Below are positions 49,169 through 58,775 of a stretch of DNA of 64,000 bases, piece after piece. Position 1 is the first letter of the stretch, and each line of letters begins with the position of its first letter. Made by a program: the position numbers and the translations under genes. A model generated the notes under the pieces. That model was not told where the DNA came from. It saw only the letters and a program-made list of their open reading frames with translations, and ran no database searches. Source of the stretch: Abditibacteriaceae bacterium (GTDB lineage Bacteria; Armatimonadota; Abditibacteriia; Abditibacteriales; Abditibacteriaceae); the NCBI GenBank assembly GCA_965277285.1, contig OZ255721.1, positions 1,120,001 through 1,184,000 on the forward strand, read 5' to 3'.

Positions 49169-50025
49169 GAGGGTGTATAGGAATCACGCAAGCCTTCGGA
49201 GCATAAGCCGGATCATGGCGAGATAAATCCAGGTTTCACTTGATTTGACATTTTGCTCATAGTCTTTTGAAAGCCTTCGACATCTTCCCAACCATGCAAA
49301 AGTTCTTTCGACAACCCAGCGACGCGGCAACGGCACGTAGCCTTTGTTTTCATATTGACGGTTCACCAGGGCATTGCGGCTTATCACTCGGAGCGCAACG
49401 CCACAGTTTTCTCGCACCCAAGCCGCGAACTTGTGTCCCCAGTAGCCTGCATCCGCCCAAATCAACTGCAAACGTTGTGAAGGAAAGCGCCACAGGGCTT
49501 TGTCTTGCAAAAGTAATTTGGCTCCGTCACGCTCTTGAACGTTGGCAGCATGAACACACACTTGCAACAACAAGCCGTTGGTATCCACTAGAATATGACG
49601 CTTGCGCCCTTTTATTTTCTTGGCTGCATCAAAGCCTTTTGGCCCCCTTTTTCTGTGGTTTTGACGCTCTGGCTGTCCAGAATCGCTGCGCTGGGCGCCT
49701 CATCCCGTCCATCGGCCTGGCGCACTTGAGAACGCAACGAACTGTGGATACCTTCGAGAGTGCCGTTGTCACGCCAGCGCCGGAAGTGATACCAAACCAC
49801 AGTGTAAGGCGGAAAATCGTGAGGCAAAGCACGCCACGAGCAGCCGTTGGTCAACTGATACAACAAAGCGTTGACGATCTCGCGTTGGGCGTAAAGCCTG
49901 CGCGTACCGCGCGCACGCTGTGGCTCGATCAAAGGGCGCAGCACTTGCCATTGTGCCTCGCTCAAATCACTGGGATAGCTCTGGCGTTTCATAAATGTAA
50001 GTCTAACCCTTTCCTATACACCCTC
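49169..50025 (-). mobile_element. IS5-family insertion sequence (~857 bp)
   Basis: Perfect 15-bp TIRs gagggtgtataggaa / ttcctatacaccctc; flanks TGA / TTA. Confidence 0.92.
49184..49992 (-). CDS. IS5-family transposase in two frames (frameshift at A5G5 near 49643-49652)
   Basis: Orf[30 protein letters not shown]; Orf[38 protein letters not shown]. Confidence 0.9.
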
Positions 50026-50285
50026 TTAGAAATAACGGCGCCACGATTGGTTGTCCACAACACAATGGCATCGCGCAAATCAGCCGCAGCCAAAGCCAAC
50101 ATCGGCGTTTTTCCACTGCCCGTAATGGCTTTCAAGCGACACAAAAATGGCAGCAATTCACCGCTGTCAGAATCGTATTTTTTCCGAAACGGCGGCGATG
50201 GATATATCCGCAGCATTTGCGAAAGTTCGCCTGCCGCTTTGAGTTGAAACGGCTTGAGATTGTCGCGTGTAAGATTGATCATCGC

Positions 50286-52250
50286 TTATTCGCCTTCCTC
50301 CTCTTCATCCAATAGATTGAGGCGCGCCAGAATTGAATCGGGGATTTGCTGAAAGCGATACAGTTCATCATTGCGTGGTGCGACATTCGCCACGGCGTAA
50401 ATGTAAACCGGCTTGGTCACTTTCGCGTCTTGCGCTTCTTTCATAATCAGCGAACGAATGTCACGCGTCAAAGGTTGATGGCCGTCAGTTTTGCCTTTTT
50501 CCCACACCAACGCGATGCCGAAACCCAGCCGCGTTTTGCCGATGAGGTATTTGTAGCCATCCATGCGACAATCAATACGATTGGAATCTTCTTCGATGAT
50601 TTGCAAAATGATGTCGGCGAGGTTTTCGCGCGTGGACTCCATGATCGTCTTTTTGTTGACGCTTTTGTGCGCTTCGTAAAACGTGAAGCCGCCAGGCAAT
50701 TCGGGATATTCTTTGCCATCCGCCCACTTTCCCGAAAACACGCGGCGCATTCGCTCGGCTGTCAAACGGTCGGTGTATTCGCTACGCGGAATCTTGCGAT
50801 TGGTTGGGTCGCCGTTTTCCACCAAAATGAACCGACGATTGCCGCCGTCTTCGGCGTTCATCGCCAAAACCGCGTGGCCTGTCGTACCGCTTCCCGCATA
50901 CGGATCGAAAATCTGTGCGTCTTTGTCGCGCCACGTCACCAAGTTGAAAAGCTCGGCCAGCATTTCGTGGTCTTTGGGGTTTTCAAAAAAGTTCTTCCCT
51001 AAAATAGCTTCGATGGTATCAGTCGAATTTCGGCTACTCCTTTCGATTACGCTTGTTTGAACGCCCATATCCATTTCTTCCAAACGATAAACCAAACTCG
51101 GAACTTTCTCGTGAGAATCGCCGAAGTAAACTTTGCCATCCGCAATCAATTCTTGCATTTTATGTTCGCTGAAACCCCAGCCACGACTTGGAATTTGGCA
51201 AGGCTTTCCAGTAATTGGATGTAAAACTTCGTATCGTGGGCCACCGCCGCCAGGCCAAGAAATATCTCCGCCGTCGCGGTAAACACCATCCCTGTCAACT
51301 TTGCGATAATTGATTTTCTTCGCCGGGTGGTCTTTTGGGAGTTCTTTGAAGAATCTTGCCATCGCAGCTTGTAATACAGTAATGTCTTTTGGGCCGTACT
51401 TAAGTTTTGCTTCAGCGTAAGCAGTAAGAATTTCGTCAACGCCTTCTTTAGGTTTGCGCCATTTCCCCTTGAACCGCCGCCAACTCTCATTTGTGGCAGA
51501 TAAGTAATTCATCTTTTCGTCGAGCGCGTCTTTATCGCGCGCCCAAACTAAAAGATATTCGTGCCCTTCAGAAATATATTTCGCGTCGTTCTTGCGCGAG
51601 CGTTCCCAAATCAGTGTGGCCAGGCGGTTCTTTTCGCCATACATTTCTTCGAGCAACATCCACAAGCGCGGCAGTTCGTGTTCGTCAATCGAAACGATGA
51701 GAACGCCGGTGTTTTTCAACAGCTTGCGTGCCGCCCACAAACGCGGCGCAATGTGGTTAATCCATTTTGTGTGGCGCGACGGATCATCAAGCGACACGCC
51801 TTTTTCAACGCGTCCAATCACATTTTTCAATCGTTCGACTTCAGCTTTCGAGAAGCGATAATTGTCGTTGTAAAGAAAAGTATCTTTGCCGGTATTGTAT
51901 GGCGGATCAATATAAATTACATCAAAGCCTGTTTTCGACCCACCGCGAAAGTCGCCCAAAAGCGAGCGCATAACGGCGAGGTTGTCACCGTCGTAAATGC
52001 GATGTTCTCCACCTTTTTGAATCGGATAGCTTTTTTCGGGTTTAGGCTTCAGCGTGACAGGAGCAACATTTTCGGCCAAAAAGCGATTGCGGCCTTGCCA
52101 CATCAGCGCGGCATCGTTGGAGCCAGTTTCGGAAATATGCGAAAACGCTTCGCGCATTCGCTTTTCTTCTTGAAGTTCCTCAACCATGCGAATGAGTTCT
52201 TCGCGTTCGAGAGTATGGATAATGGGCGAGGATTTCGGTTCGTTTTGCAT
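50286..52250 (-). CDS. Site-specific DNA methyltransferase (type III Mod-like, beta class)
   Basis: GDNL, IYIDPPYNTG, VSIDEHE, NPKD, FDPYAGSGTTGHAVL..N..DGGNRRFILVE. Confidence 0.9.
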   Translation of the reverse strand: MQNEPKSSPIIHTLEREELIRMVEELQEEKRMREAFSHISETGSNDAALMWQGRNRFLAENVAPVTLKPKPEKSYPIQKGGEHRIYDGDNLAVMRSLLGDFRGGSKTGFDVIYIDPPYNTGKDTFLYNDNYRFSKAEVERLKNVIGRVEKGVSLDDPSRHTKWINHIAPRLWAARKLLKNTGVLIVSIDEHELPRLWMLLEEMYGEKNRLATLIWERSRKNDAKYISEGHEYLLVWARDKDALDEKMNYLSATNESWRRFKGKWRKPKEGVDEILTAYAEAKLKYGPKDITVLQAAMARFFKELPKDHPAKKINYRKVDRDGVYRDGGDISWPGGGGPRYEVLHPITGKPCQIPSRGWGFSEHKMQELIADGKVYFGDSHEKVPSLVYRLEEMDMGVQTSVIERSSRNSTDTIEAILGKNFFENPKDHEMLAELFNLVTWRDKDAQIFDPYAGSGTTGHAVLAMNAEDGGNRRFILVENGDPTNRKIPRSEYTDRLTAERMRRVFSGKWADGKEYPELPGGFTFYEAHKSVNKKTIMESTRENLADIILQIIEEDSNRIDCRMDGYKYLIGKTRLGFGIALVWEKGKTDGHQPLTRDIRSLIMKEAQDAKVTKPVYIYAVANVAPRNDELYRFQQIPDSILARLNLLDEEEEGE

Positions 52251-52385
52251 AAAATTGAGGCAAATAGTTTATCGCAAACAGTATTTGCTAACTTGCGGTA
52301 AAATGAGAAAGTCAAAAACCATTTGGCGGCTTTTGGCACAACGGACACAACGTTCGAGTACTCGATTCAACCCTTTTCAAACTTT

Positions 52386-54146
52386 ATGACAAAATACGTT
52401 TTCGTGACGGGCGGCGTGGTTTCTTCGATCGGTAAAGGCATCGCCACGGCGTGTCTTGGCACTTTGCTCAAGGCGCGCGGCTACAACATCAGCTTGCAGA
52501 AAATTGATCCTTATCTCAACGTCGATGCCGGAACCATGAATCCGCATCAGCACGGCGAAGTTTTCGTCACCGAAGACGGATCGGAAACGGACCTCGATCT
52601 GGGACATTACGAGCGCTTCATCGACCAAAATCTCGGTCGTTTGAGCAACATGACGACCGGCGTGGTTTATCAAAGCGTCATCGAGCGCGAGCGGCGCGGC
52701 GATTATCTGGGTCACACGGTTCAAGTGATTCCGCACATTACCGACGAAATCAAAGACCGCATTCGCGCCAATGCGCACGACGCCGACGCCGACGTTGCCA
52801 TTATCGAGATCGGCGGCACCATTGGCGACATCGAATCTTTGCCGTTTACCGAAGCGATTCGCCAGATGAAGATGGACGAAGGCACCGAAAACGTGATGTA
52901 TATTCACGTCACTTTGGTGCCTTTTGTTGGGCCGCGCAACGAGATGAAAACCAAGCCGACGCAGCATTCTGTGCGCGATTTGCGCAACATAGGCATCACG
53001 CCGGACGTGTTGATTTGCCGCACCAAGCAACCAATGAGCGACGAGATGAAGCGAAAAATCGCGCTTTACTGCGACATCACGCCGGACGCTATTGTCGAAG
53101 GCTTGGACACCGACATCTTGTACAAACTGCCGATGATTTTCGAGGAACAGAACTTCGCGCGATTGGTGACGAAACGTTTGAATCTCAGCAAAAACGAGCC
53201 GGATTTGACGGAATGGCAGCGCATCGTGCACGCCGTCAAAAACCCGAAGCGCCGCGTTGTGGTTGGCATTTGCGGCAAATACATGGAGCACAACGAGCAG
53301 CCGGACACGTATATTTCGGTCGTCGAATCGCTCAAGCACGGCGGCATTGAAAACGAAGCCGAAGTCGAAATCAAGTGGATCGATGCCGAAGCTGCGGGCG
53401 ATAAAATCGGCGACGAATTGCAAAATGTCGATGCGGTTATTGTTCCCGGCGGTTTCGGAGTGCGTGGCATCGAAGGCAAAATTGCGGCGATTCGTTACGC
53501 GCGCGAAAATGGTCTGCCGTTTTTAGGCTTGTGTCTGGGTTTGCAAACCGCCGTTATCGAGTACTCGAGGCACGTCGCAGGTTTGTCGGAAGCCAATTCG
53601 CAAGAGTTCGATGAAGCGACGCCGCATCCAGTCGTAGCGATTCTAAAGGATCAGCGTTCAATTGAACGCAAAGGCGGCACGATGCGCGTCGGCGCCGAAC
53701 CGTGCATCATCGCGCCGAATACTTTGGCGCATCATCTTTACGGCGAAAACATGGTGCTCGAACGCCATCGCCATCGCTTTGAAGTGAATCCCAAATATCA
53801 TCGCACGTTGACTGATGCCGGTTTGACGCTTTCGGGAACAAGTCCCGATGGGCGTCTGGTCGAAATGATCGAGATTTCGGGTCATCCGTTTTTCATCGCC
53901 AGCCAATTTCACCCCGAATTCAAAAGCCGCCCGACGCGCGCGCATCCTTTGTTTCGCGGCCTGGTCGAAGCCGCCGTTCGTTACAGCGACGAACACGGGC
54001 ACGAATCGAGTACGCGATTGAACGGCAAGGCGCTGGAAAACGGCAACGCGCACCAGTTCAATTCGGGCGAAACCGATTACGACGATGACGATACGCTGAC
54101 GATTTCTTCGATGGACGACATTCGCCAAATCGCGCGTGGCAGTTAA
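52386..54146 (+). CDS. pyrG: CTP synthase (acidic C-terminal extension)
   Basis: TKYVFVTGGVVSSIGKG, DPYLNVDAGTM, KTKPTQHSV, GLCLG, HRHRFE, QFHPEF. Confidence 0.97.
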   Translation: MTKYVFVTGGVVSSIGKGIATACLGTLLKARGYNISLQKIDPYLNVDAGTMNPHQHGEVFVTEDGSETDLDLGHYERFIDQNLGRLSNMTTGVVYQSVIERERRGDYLGHTVQVIPHITDEIKDRIRANAHDADADVAIIEIGGTIGDIESLPFTEAIRQMKMDEGTENVMYIHVTLVPFVGPRNEMKTKPTQHSVRDLRNIGITPDVLICRTKQPMSDEMKRKIALYCDITPDAIVEGLDTDILYKLPMIFEEQNFARLVTKRLNLSKNEPDLTEWQRIVHAVKNPKRRVVVGICGKYMEHNEQPDTYISVVESLKHGGIENEAEVEIKWIDAEAAGDKIGDELQNVDAVIVPGGFGVRGIEGKIAAIRYARENGLPFLGLCLGLQTAVIEYSRHVAGLSEANSQEFDEATPHPVVAILKDQRSIERKGGTMRVGAEPCIIAPNTLAHHLYGENMVLERHRHRFEVNPKYHRTLTDAGLTLSGTSPDGRLVEMIEISGHPFFIASQFHPEFKSRPTRAHPLFRGLVEAAVRYSDEHGHESSTRLNGKALENGNAHQFNSGETDYDDDDTLTISSMDDIRQIARGS

Positions 54147-54152
54147 GGTCTC

Positions 54153-54178
54153 GTAGGGGCGCACTGCAATGCGCCCCT
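54153..54178. repeat. GTAG-type REP-like hairpin
   Basis: gtaggggcgcactgcaatgcgcccct. Confidence 0.6.
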
Positions 54179-54208
54179 CCATCGTATCAGGCAACATCGA
54201 GTACTCGA

Positions 54209-55432
54209 ATGGCGAACCACAGCAACAAAAAACCTTGGACGCGCGGCGAGAAAATGCTTCTCGTCGCGCCGTTGTTTGTGCTGCTGATTGCGTTCGGCGT
54301 GTTGCGGTTTCGTCAGCGCACAAATCCAATTGAACCATATTTGAGGATTGCGGCGCCGCCAAGAATCAGTTTTTCCCATGCTGTACTTTCGCCGAACGGG
54401 AAATATGTCGCTGCGATTGGCGGCGATCAAAGCAAAATCGTGCCGGGCAACGGCATGTTAAAAGTTTACGATGCGCGTTTCGGTATTTTGTTGTTCACAC
54501 GCGTTGTTGGCGACTACGCTGGCATAACCGCGTTGGCTATTTCGCCCGACAGTTCCAAAGTCGCGTGCGCCCAAGACACCACAAAAATCTGGAGTTTGCC
54601 GTCTGGTGCGTTGCTGCACGACCTGGGAAATTATCAAAGCAAGAAATATCCTTATGTCAGCAGCATTGCCGGTTCGTTAGCATTTTCTCCAGACAATCGA
54701 GTACTCGTTTCAGGTGATGGAGGCGGTGTCTCTGGCGGGATGGCAAAATTGTGGAACGTTCAAACTGGCGCGTTCCTGCACTTCATAGATCGCAGCAACG
54801 GTATCTTCAAGCCAAATCAAGAAAATTTTTCGCATTTTTCCCCGAGTTTTTCGCCTGATGGTAAATGGCTGGCGTGCATTGCTTCAGGCGGGATGTATTC
54901 GGCAACAGATAATGGGATTAACTCAAAGCCAACAAAAAACACAAATAACCGCGTGCAGCTTTGGGATGTCGCCACCGGAAAACTGACGCACGTTTTTCCA
55001 CAAAAAAACATCGTTACCTTCAGTTTTTCGCCAGATGGAAAAACTCTCGCCACCTCATCCTCATCGTTTCAAGCCAACCTAACGCAGGAAACGCCCGAAG
55101 TTCATCTTTACGATTTGCAAACCGGCGCCTTAATCTGGCTGGCGCAGAACGAAATTGATGGAAAAGGCAGTAGCCTTCGCATTCCCAATGACGGAATCGC
55201 GTTCGCGCCCGATGGCAAAACACTGGCTTGCCAAGATGAGTGGGGACGCATTCGTTTTTACAACACGCAGTCGGGGCGACAACTTCAAACTGTTCTCATT
55301 CCGCTTATAGATGGTCACTCCGCAGGCGGAGCGCCCACAATCGCTTTCTCGAAGGATGGCAAAACCCTTCTGTCAAGACACATCGACACGATTTACCTCT
55401 GGCACACCAACGATTGGCAGCCGAAACTATGA
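54209..55432 (+). CDS. Membrane-anchored WD40 repeat protein
   Basis: N-terminal TM; repeated FSPDGK..LA and LWDV.TG. Confidence 0.85.
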   Translation: MANHSNKKPWTRGEKMLLVAPLFVLLIAFGVLRFRQRTNPIEPYLRIAAPPRISFSHAVLSPNGKYVAAIGGDQSKIVPGNGMLKVYDARFGILLFTRVVGDYAGITALAISPDSSKVACAQDTTKIWSLPSGALLHDLGNYQSKKYPYVSSIAGSLAFSPDNRVLVSGDGGGVSGGMAKLWNVQTGAFLHFIDRSNGIFKPNQENFSHFSPSFSPDGKWLACIASGGMYSATDNGINSKPTKNTNNRVQLWDVATGKLTHVFPQKNIVTFSFSPDGKTLATSSSSFQANLTQETPEVHLYDLQTGALIWLAQNEIDGKGSSLRIPNDGIAFAPDGKTLACQDEWGRIRFYNTQSGRQLQTVLIPLIDGHSAGGAPTIAFSKDGKTLLSRHIDTIYLWHTNDWQPKL

Positions 55433-55503
55433 CAAATCACTTTCTCATTCGTTGTTGATTATGTATTCGCCACCAAAAGTCGCATTCTTAAGAGGAGAAA
55501 ATC

Positions 55504-55929
55504 ATGGCTGACGAACACACGGTTTCACTCAATGGCACCACGCTGCATGTCCTCGATGTCGAAAATTCGCTCGACTTTTACAAGCGCATTCCGGGCGCGG
55601 AACTTATCATTCATCGTCCGAACCAGTTCGCATTACTCAAGTTCGGTCAAGGTCGCTTGGGTTTGCTGAAATGGAAAACGCCGACATTTCACATCGAAAT
55701 GGATTCCAACGACATGGACGCGATGCACGCCCAACTCGTCGAAAACGGCATAACGCCGGAAGGCCCGCCGCAAGACCATCCGTGGGGACAACGCGATTTT
55801 CTCGTCCTCGACCCGGACGGCAACATGATCGAATTCGGGCAACAACACGAGGAGAATAAATTGCCCGCGAAACACGCGAAAAAGCGCGAAAAAGAAACGA
55901 ATATGTACAAATCGAGTACTCGAAAGTAA
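55504..55929 (+). CDS. VOC/glyoxalase family protein
   Basis: LHVLDVENSLDFY, PWGQRDFLVLDPDGNMIEF; GAGGAG RBS. Confidence 0.88.
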   Translation: MADEHTVSLNGTTLHVLDVENSLDFYKRIPGAELIIHRPNQFALLKFGQGRLGLLKWKTPTFHIEMDSNDMDAMHAQLVENGITPEGPPQDHPWGQRDFLVLDPDGNMIEFGQQHEENKLPAKHAKKREKETNMYKSSTRK

Positions 55930-56007
55930 CAGTGTGTCATTCTGAGCGCAGCGAAGAATCTAATTACAGTTAGATTCTTCGCTGCGCTCAGAATGACACA
56001 CTGTTAC
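55926..56007. repeat. Long perfect hairpin (gtcattctgagcgcagcgaagaatct family)
   Basis: gtaacagtgtgtcattctgagcgcagcgaagaatctaa / ttagattcttcgctgcgctcagaatgacacactgttac; begins at the VOC stop codon. Confidence 0.85.
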
Positions 56008-56078
56008 GACGATTCTATTCTCTTCTTTTTCTTCGCGCACTTCGCGTCCTTCGCGGTGAAAAAACTTCAAGGAAAATT

Positions 56079-56942
56079 ATGACAAATCAACCTCAACTGA
56101 TCGCTGATTACGCTTGCGTTTGCGGCGAAGGGCCGCTGTTTTTGCCCGAAGAAAACGCCGTCGTGTGGACGGACATCGAAACCGGACGCTTGTTTCGCTA
56201 CGACCTGGCGACCAAAACCCACAAGCAAATTTACAGCGGCCCAAAGGTCGGCGGCTTCACTTTGCAGGCCGATGGTTCGCTGCTACTCTTCCAGGAAAAA
56301 GGCATGGTTTCGATCTGGAAAGATGGCGAAAGCAAAACCGTCATTGCCTCGTTGCCAGACGAAGGTTCGCGCTGGAACGATGTTTACGCCGATCCCGAAG
56401 GTCGCGTTTATTGCGGCACGATGCCCAGCAACGGTCATCTGGGACGCTTTTATCGGCTTGACTGCGATGGCAGCATTCGCGTCATTCTGGAAAATATCGG
56501 CTGCTCGAACGGCATGGGGTTTTCGCCCGATTTGAAGACGATGTATTACACCGATTCCGCGACGCGCCACATTTATGCCTTCGATTATGAACGTTCAAAT
56601 GGCGAGCTGATGAATCAGCGCGTTCTGGTGGAAACGCCGGACGGCGAAGGCGTGCCGGACGGTTTGCGCATGGACGGCGAAGGTTTCATCTGGTCGGCGC
56701 GCTGGGGCGGCGGGGCGGTTTGTCGCTACGATCCGGCAAACGGCAACCTCGTCAAGCGCGTGGCGATTCCCGCTCCGAAAGTGACATGTCTGTGTTTCGG
56801 CGGCAAAGATTACAAAACCGCCTTCGTTTCGACAGCGGGCGGCGACGTAAAAAATCAAGATGGCGCAAGCGCGGGCGGACTTTTCCAGATCGATTTGGGC
56901 GTGCCTGGCGCCGCTGATTTTCGCTCGCGCATCTTGTTGTGA
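56079..56942 (+). CDS. SMP-30/gluconolactonase/LRE family protein
   Basis: GEGP, WTDI, RWND, SNGMGFSPD, PDGLRMDGEG. Confidence 0.9.
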   Translation: MTNQPQLIADYACVCGEGPLFLPEENAVVWTDIETGRLFRYDLATKTHKQIYSGPKVGGFTLQADGSLLLFQEKGMVSIWKDGESKTVIASLPDEGSRWNDVYADPEGRVYCGTMPSNGHLGRFYRLDCDGSIRVILENIGCSNGMGFSPDLKTMYYTDSATRHIYAFDYERSNGELMNQRVLVETPDGEGVPDGLRMDGEGFIWSARWGGGAVCRYDPANGNLVKRVAIPAPKVTCLCFGGKDYKTAFVSTAGGDVKNQDGASAGGLFQIDLGVPGAADFRSRILL

Positions 56943-57054
56943 TTTGATATGAAAAGTGCCACCTTCACGCGGTGGAAGTCCGAACGCGTTCGAGTACTCG
57001 ATTCAGTACTCGAACGCGTTTTGCTTTTAAGAGACTGAATGTGAAAGGCGCAAT

Positions 57055-57198
57055 GGAACACGGCAGCTTTGCTGACACGGCTCGAACGGATAAACACGGA
57101 GTTGAGAGTGAAACTCTGGATTGATCCAGACCGAAATACAAAATTAGTTTGAACCGTGTTTACCTGTTCAAGCCGTGCCGACGAAGCTGCCGTGCTCC
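57055..57198. repeat. Imperfect inverted-repeat element, family B
   Basis: ggaacacggcagctttgctgacacggctcgaacggataaacacgg...ccgtgtttacctgttcaagccgtgccgacgaagctgccgtgctcc. Confidence 0.68.
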
Positions 57199-57246
57199 GC
57201 TTTATCTCCGGTGTACGTCCGGTGTGCGAAAGTAACGAACGCCGCA

Positions 57247-57987
57247 TCACGACATGGCGGATTGCACACCGAAGATGAAGGCAGCGCCCAAACAGGTCAG
57301 GAAAATCGTCAGGGCGGGTGATCGATGTCCGGCGTGCGCTTCGGGCAAAATATCGGAAATGCTGATGTGAATCAGGAAACCGGCGAAAAATCCCAGATAC
57401 AGCGCGAGCATCGTCGGCGGGAGATGGAAAAACGAGGTCGAAAGAATGCCCAGAACAGGCGCCAGAGCGTCCAGCGCCAGCATTGCAATCGAACGTTTGG
57501 ACGAGTTGTGATGCGCCATCATCAAGCTGACCGTATTGAAACCATCGGCGAAATCGTGCGCGATAACCGCTGTGGCGACTACCGCGCCGACAGCGGGCGA
57601 AACCTGAAACCCCAGCCCAATTCCGACGCCATCCATGAACGAATGCGCAATCAGCGCGACCGCCGACATGACGCCGACTTGCGGGTGATGATGCTTGGCA
57701 TACGAATCTTCATGCGCGTGATGAATCAGAAGCAACGCTTCGCCACTGTGAAAAATCAGAAATCCGACGACCAGAGCGACCATCGGCCAGCGCGCATCGA
57801 GATGGTTTTCATGCACCATCTCGAAGATTTCCGGCAGCAAATCAAAAGCGACGACGCCCAGCAACACGCCGGACGTGAAACCTAAAATCAGGTGCAAGCG
57901 GTCGCGCATTCGCACGGCGACCAAGCCGCCCGCAAACGTCGCCAGAAAGGTGAGAAAAGTGAGAAAAAGAGGAGTTGCAGAAGGCAT
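57247..57987 (-). CDS. ZIP family metal transporter
   Basis: FDLLPE, His-rich loop, HSFMDG, AHDFADG, ILPEAH. Confidence 0.88.
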   Translation of the reverse strand: MPSATPLFLTFLTFLATFAGGLVAVRMRDRLHLILGFTSGVLLGVVAFDLLPEIFEMVHENHLDARWPMVALVVGFLIFHSGEALLLIHHAHEDSYAKHHHPQVGVMSAVALIAHSFMDGVGIGLGFQVSPAVGAVVATAVIAHDFADGFNTVSLMMAHHNSSKRSIAMLALDALAPVLGILSTSFFHLPPTMLALYLGFFAGFLIHISISDILPEAHAGHRSPALTIFLTCLGAAFIFGVQSAMS

Positions 57988-58078
57988 CGAGTACTGGAAA
58001 GCGGCGTAAATATGTCAGGCGCGACTTCTCATTATGCCTAATTTAGGTTGTTGTATCAATGAATTAACGTGAAATTTT

Positions 58079-58333
58079 TCAACTTCGGCGCCACCATTTC
58101 ACGAACTGCCAGATCGACAAGCCTATGAAGTTGATTGTCAAAAGCGCGAAGAAAATGAAGAGTGCTGATACAACGGCGAGATTGAGAGAATCTGCGTAAC
58201 TCAAATCAGGCGATCCGCCCGATGCGAGTGTTCGGCGACAATCTGCAGCCAAAATGCAATAAATGAGAATAGGCGGCACAACAAGCAACAGTGCATTGAT
58301 GACAAACCAAGCTGTAAGCCATTTAAGTTTCAT
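58079..58333 (-). CDS. Small hypothetical membrane protein
   Basis: Two TM-like segments. Confidence 0.5.
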   Translation of the reverse strand: MKLKWLTAWFVINALLLVVPPILIYCILAADCRRTLASGGSPDLSYADSLNLAVVSALFIFFALLTINFIGLSIWQFVKWWRRS

Positions 58334-58382
58334 GCAAGAAGTTGCCGCTTTTTACTACGATTAAAGAACAACGTTACATCAA

Positions 58383-58775
58383 CTAATAATCAACAATTTG
58401 AATGGTGTCGGCAGCATTCCAGCGCGGCTTTCTCGTCTTTGGATCGATGTTTGGCCCTGAAAAATTAACCGAGACTTTCTCCCGCGGAACCGAGTTTTTG
58501 TAGTGCGGCAACTCGATGATAACCAAAAAAGAACCATCCAGAATACCGGCGAAATTCATATTAATCCAACCGTAACCATCGTTCAAAAGTTCATCGAAAC
58601 GTGCTTCATAATCGTTGCGTGTCCACAACGACGACCGCGCAATGGAACAATGCACACCTTCCCTTTTTATGTCCTTATCTTCAACGAAAAGCACACGCGA
58701 CCAAGAAGGCGTTTGTTCCGCCCATTGCCGAGAAAAAGTCATCAATCTGACCAAATGTAATTCAAGATCGTTCAT
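58383..58775 (-). CDS. Hypothetical protein
   Basis: 130-aa ORF overlapping the rnhB stop; AT-richer than the flanks. Confidence 0.55.
   Translation of the reverse strand: MNDLELHLVRLMTFSRQWAEQTPSWSRVLFVEDKDIKREGVHCSIARSSLWTRNDYEARFDELLNDGYGWINMNFAGILDGSFLVIIELPHYKNSVPREKVSVNFSGPNIDPKTRKPRWNAADTIQIVDY

Larger units (their letters stand above)
47083..50282 (-). pseudogene. Type III R-M-like restriction subunit (SF2 helicase + PD-(D/E)XK nuclease) interrupted by an IS
   Basis: 5' part has Walker A ITGSGKT; 3' part has DEAH, LREGWD, QKIGRFLR and FYPDF..IDPKG; deleting 49169-50028 rejoins ...GAVIS/QTASNL... in frame (779 aa). Confidence 0.85.

Noticed and set aside
49267..50247. 326-aa plus-strand ORF
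   Set aside because: Antisense shadow across the IS transposase and the Res 5' fragment.
50286..52250. Mod methylase as the enzyme responsible for the 12-bp palindrome
   Set aside because: Type III Mod enzymes recognise short asymmetric sites, and this gene looks recently acquired and lacks the motif. There is no supporting evidence.
52377..53423. Long antisense ORFs opposite pyrG and other core genes (e.g. 3527-4441, 34583-35380)
   Set aside because: Typical stop-poor shadow frames of GC-rich coding sequence.
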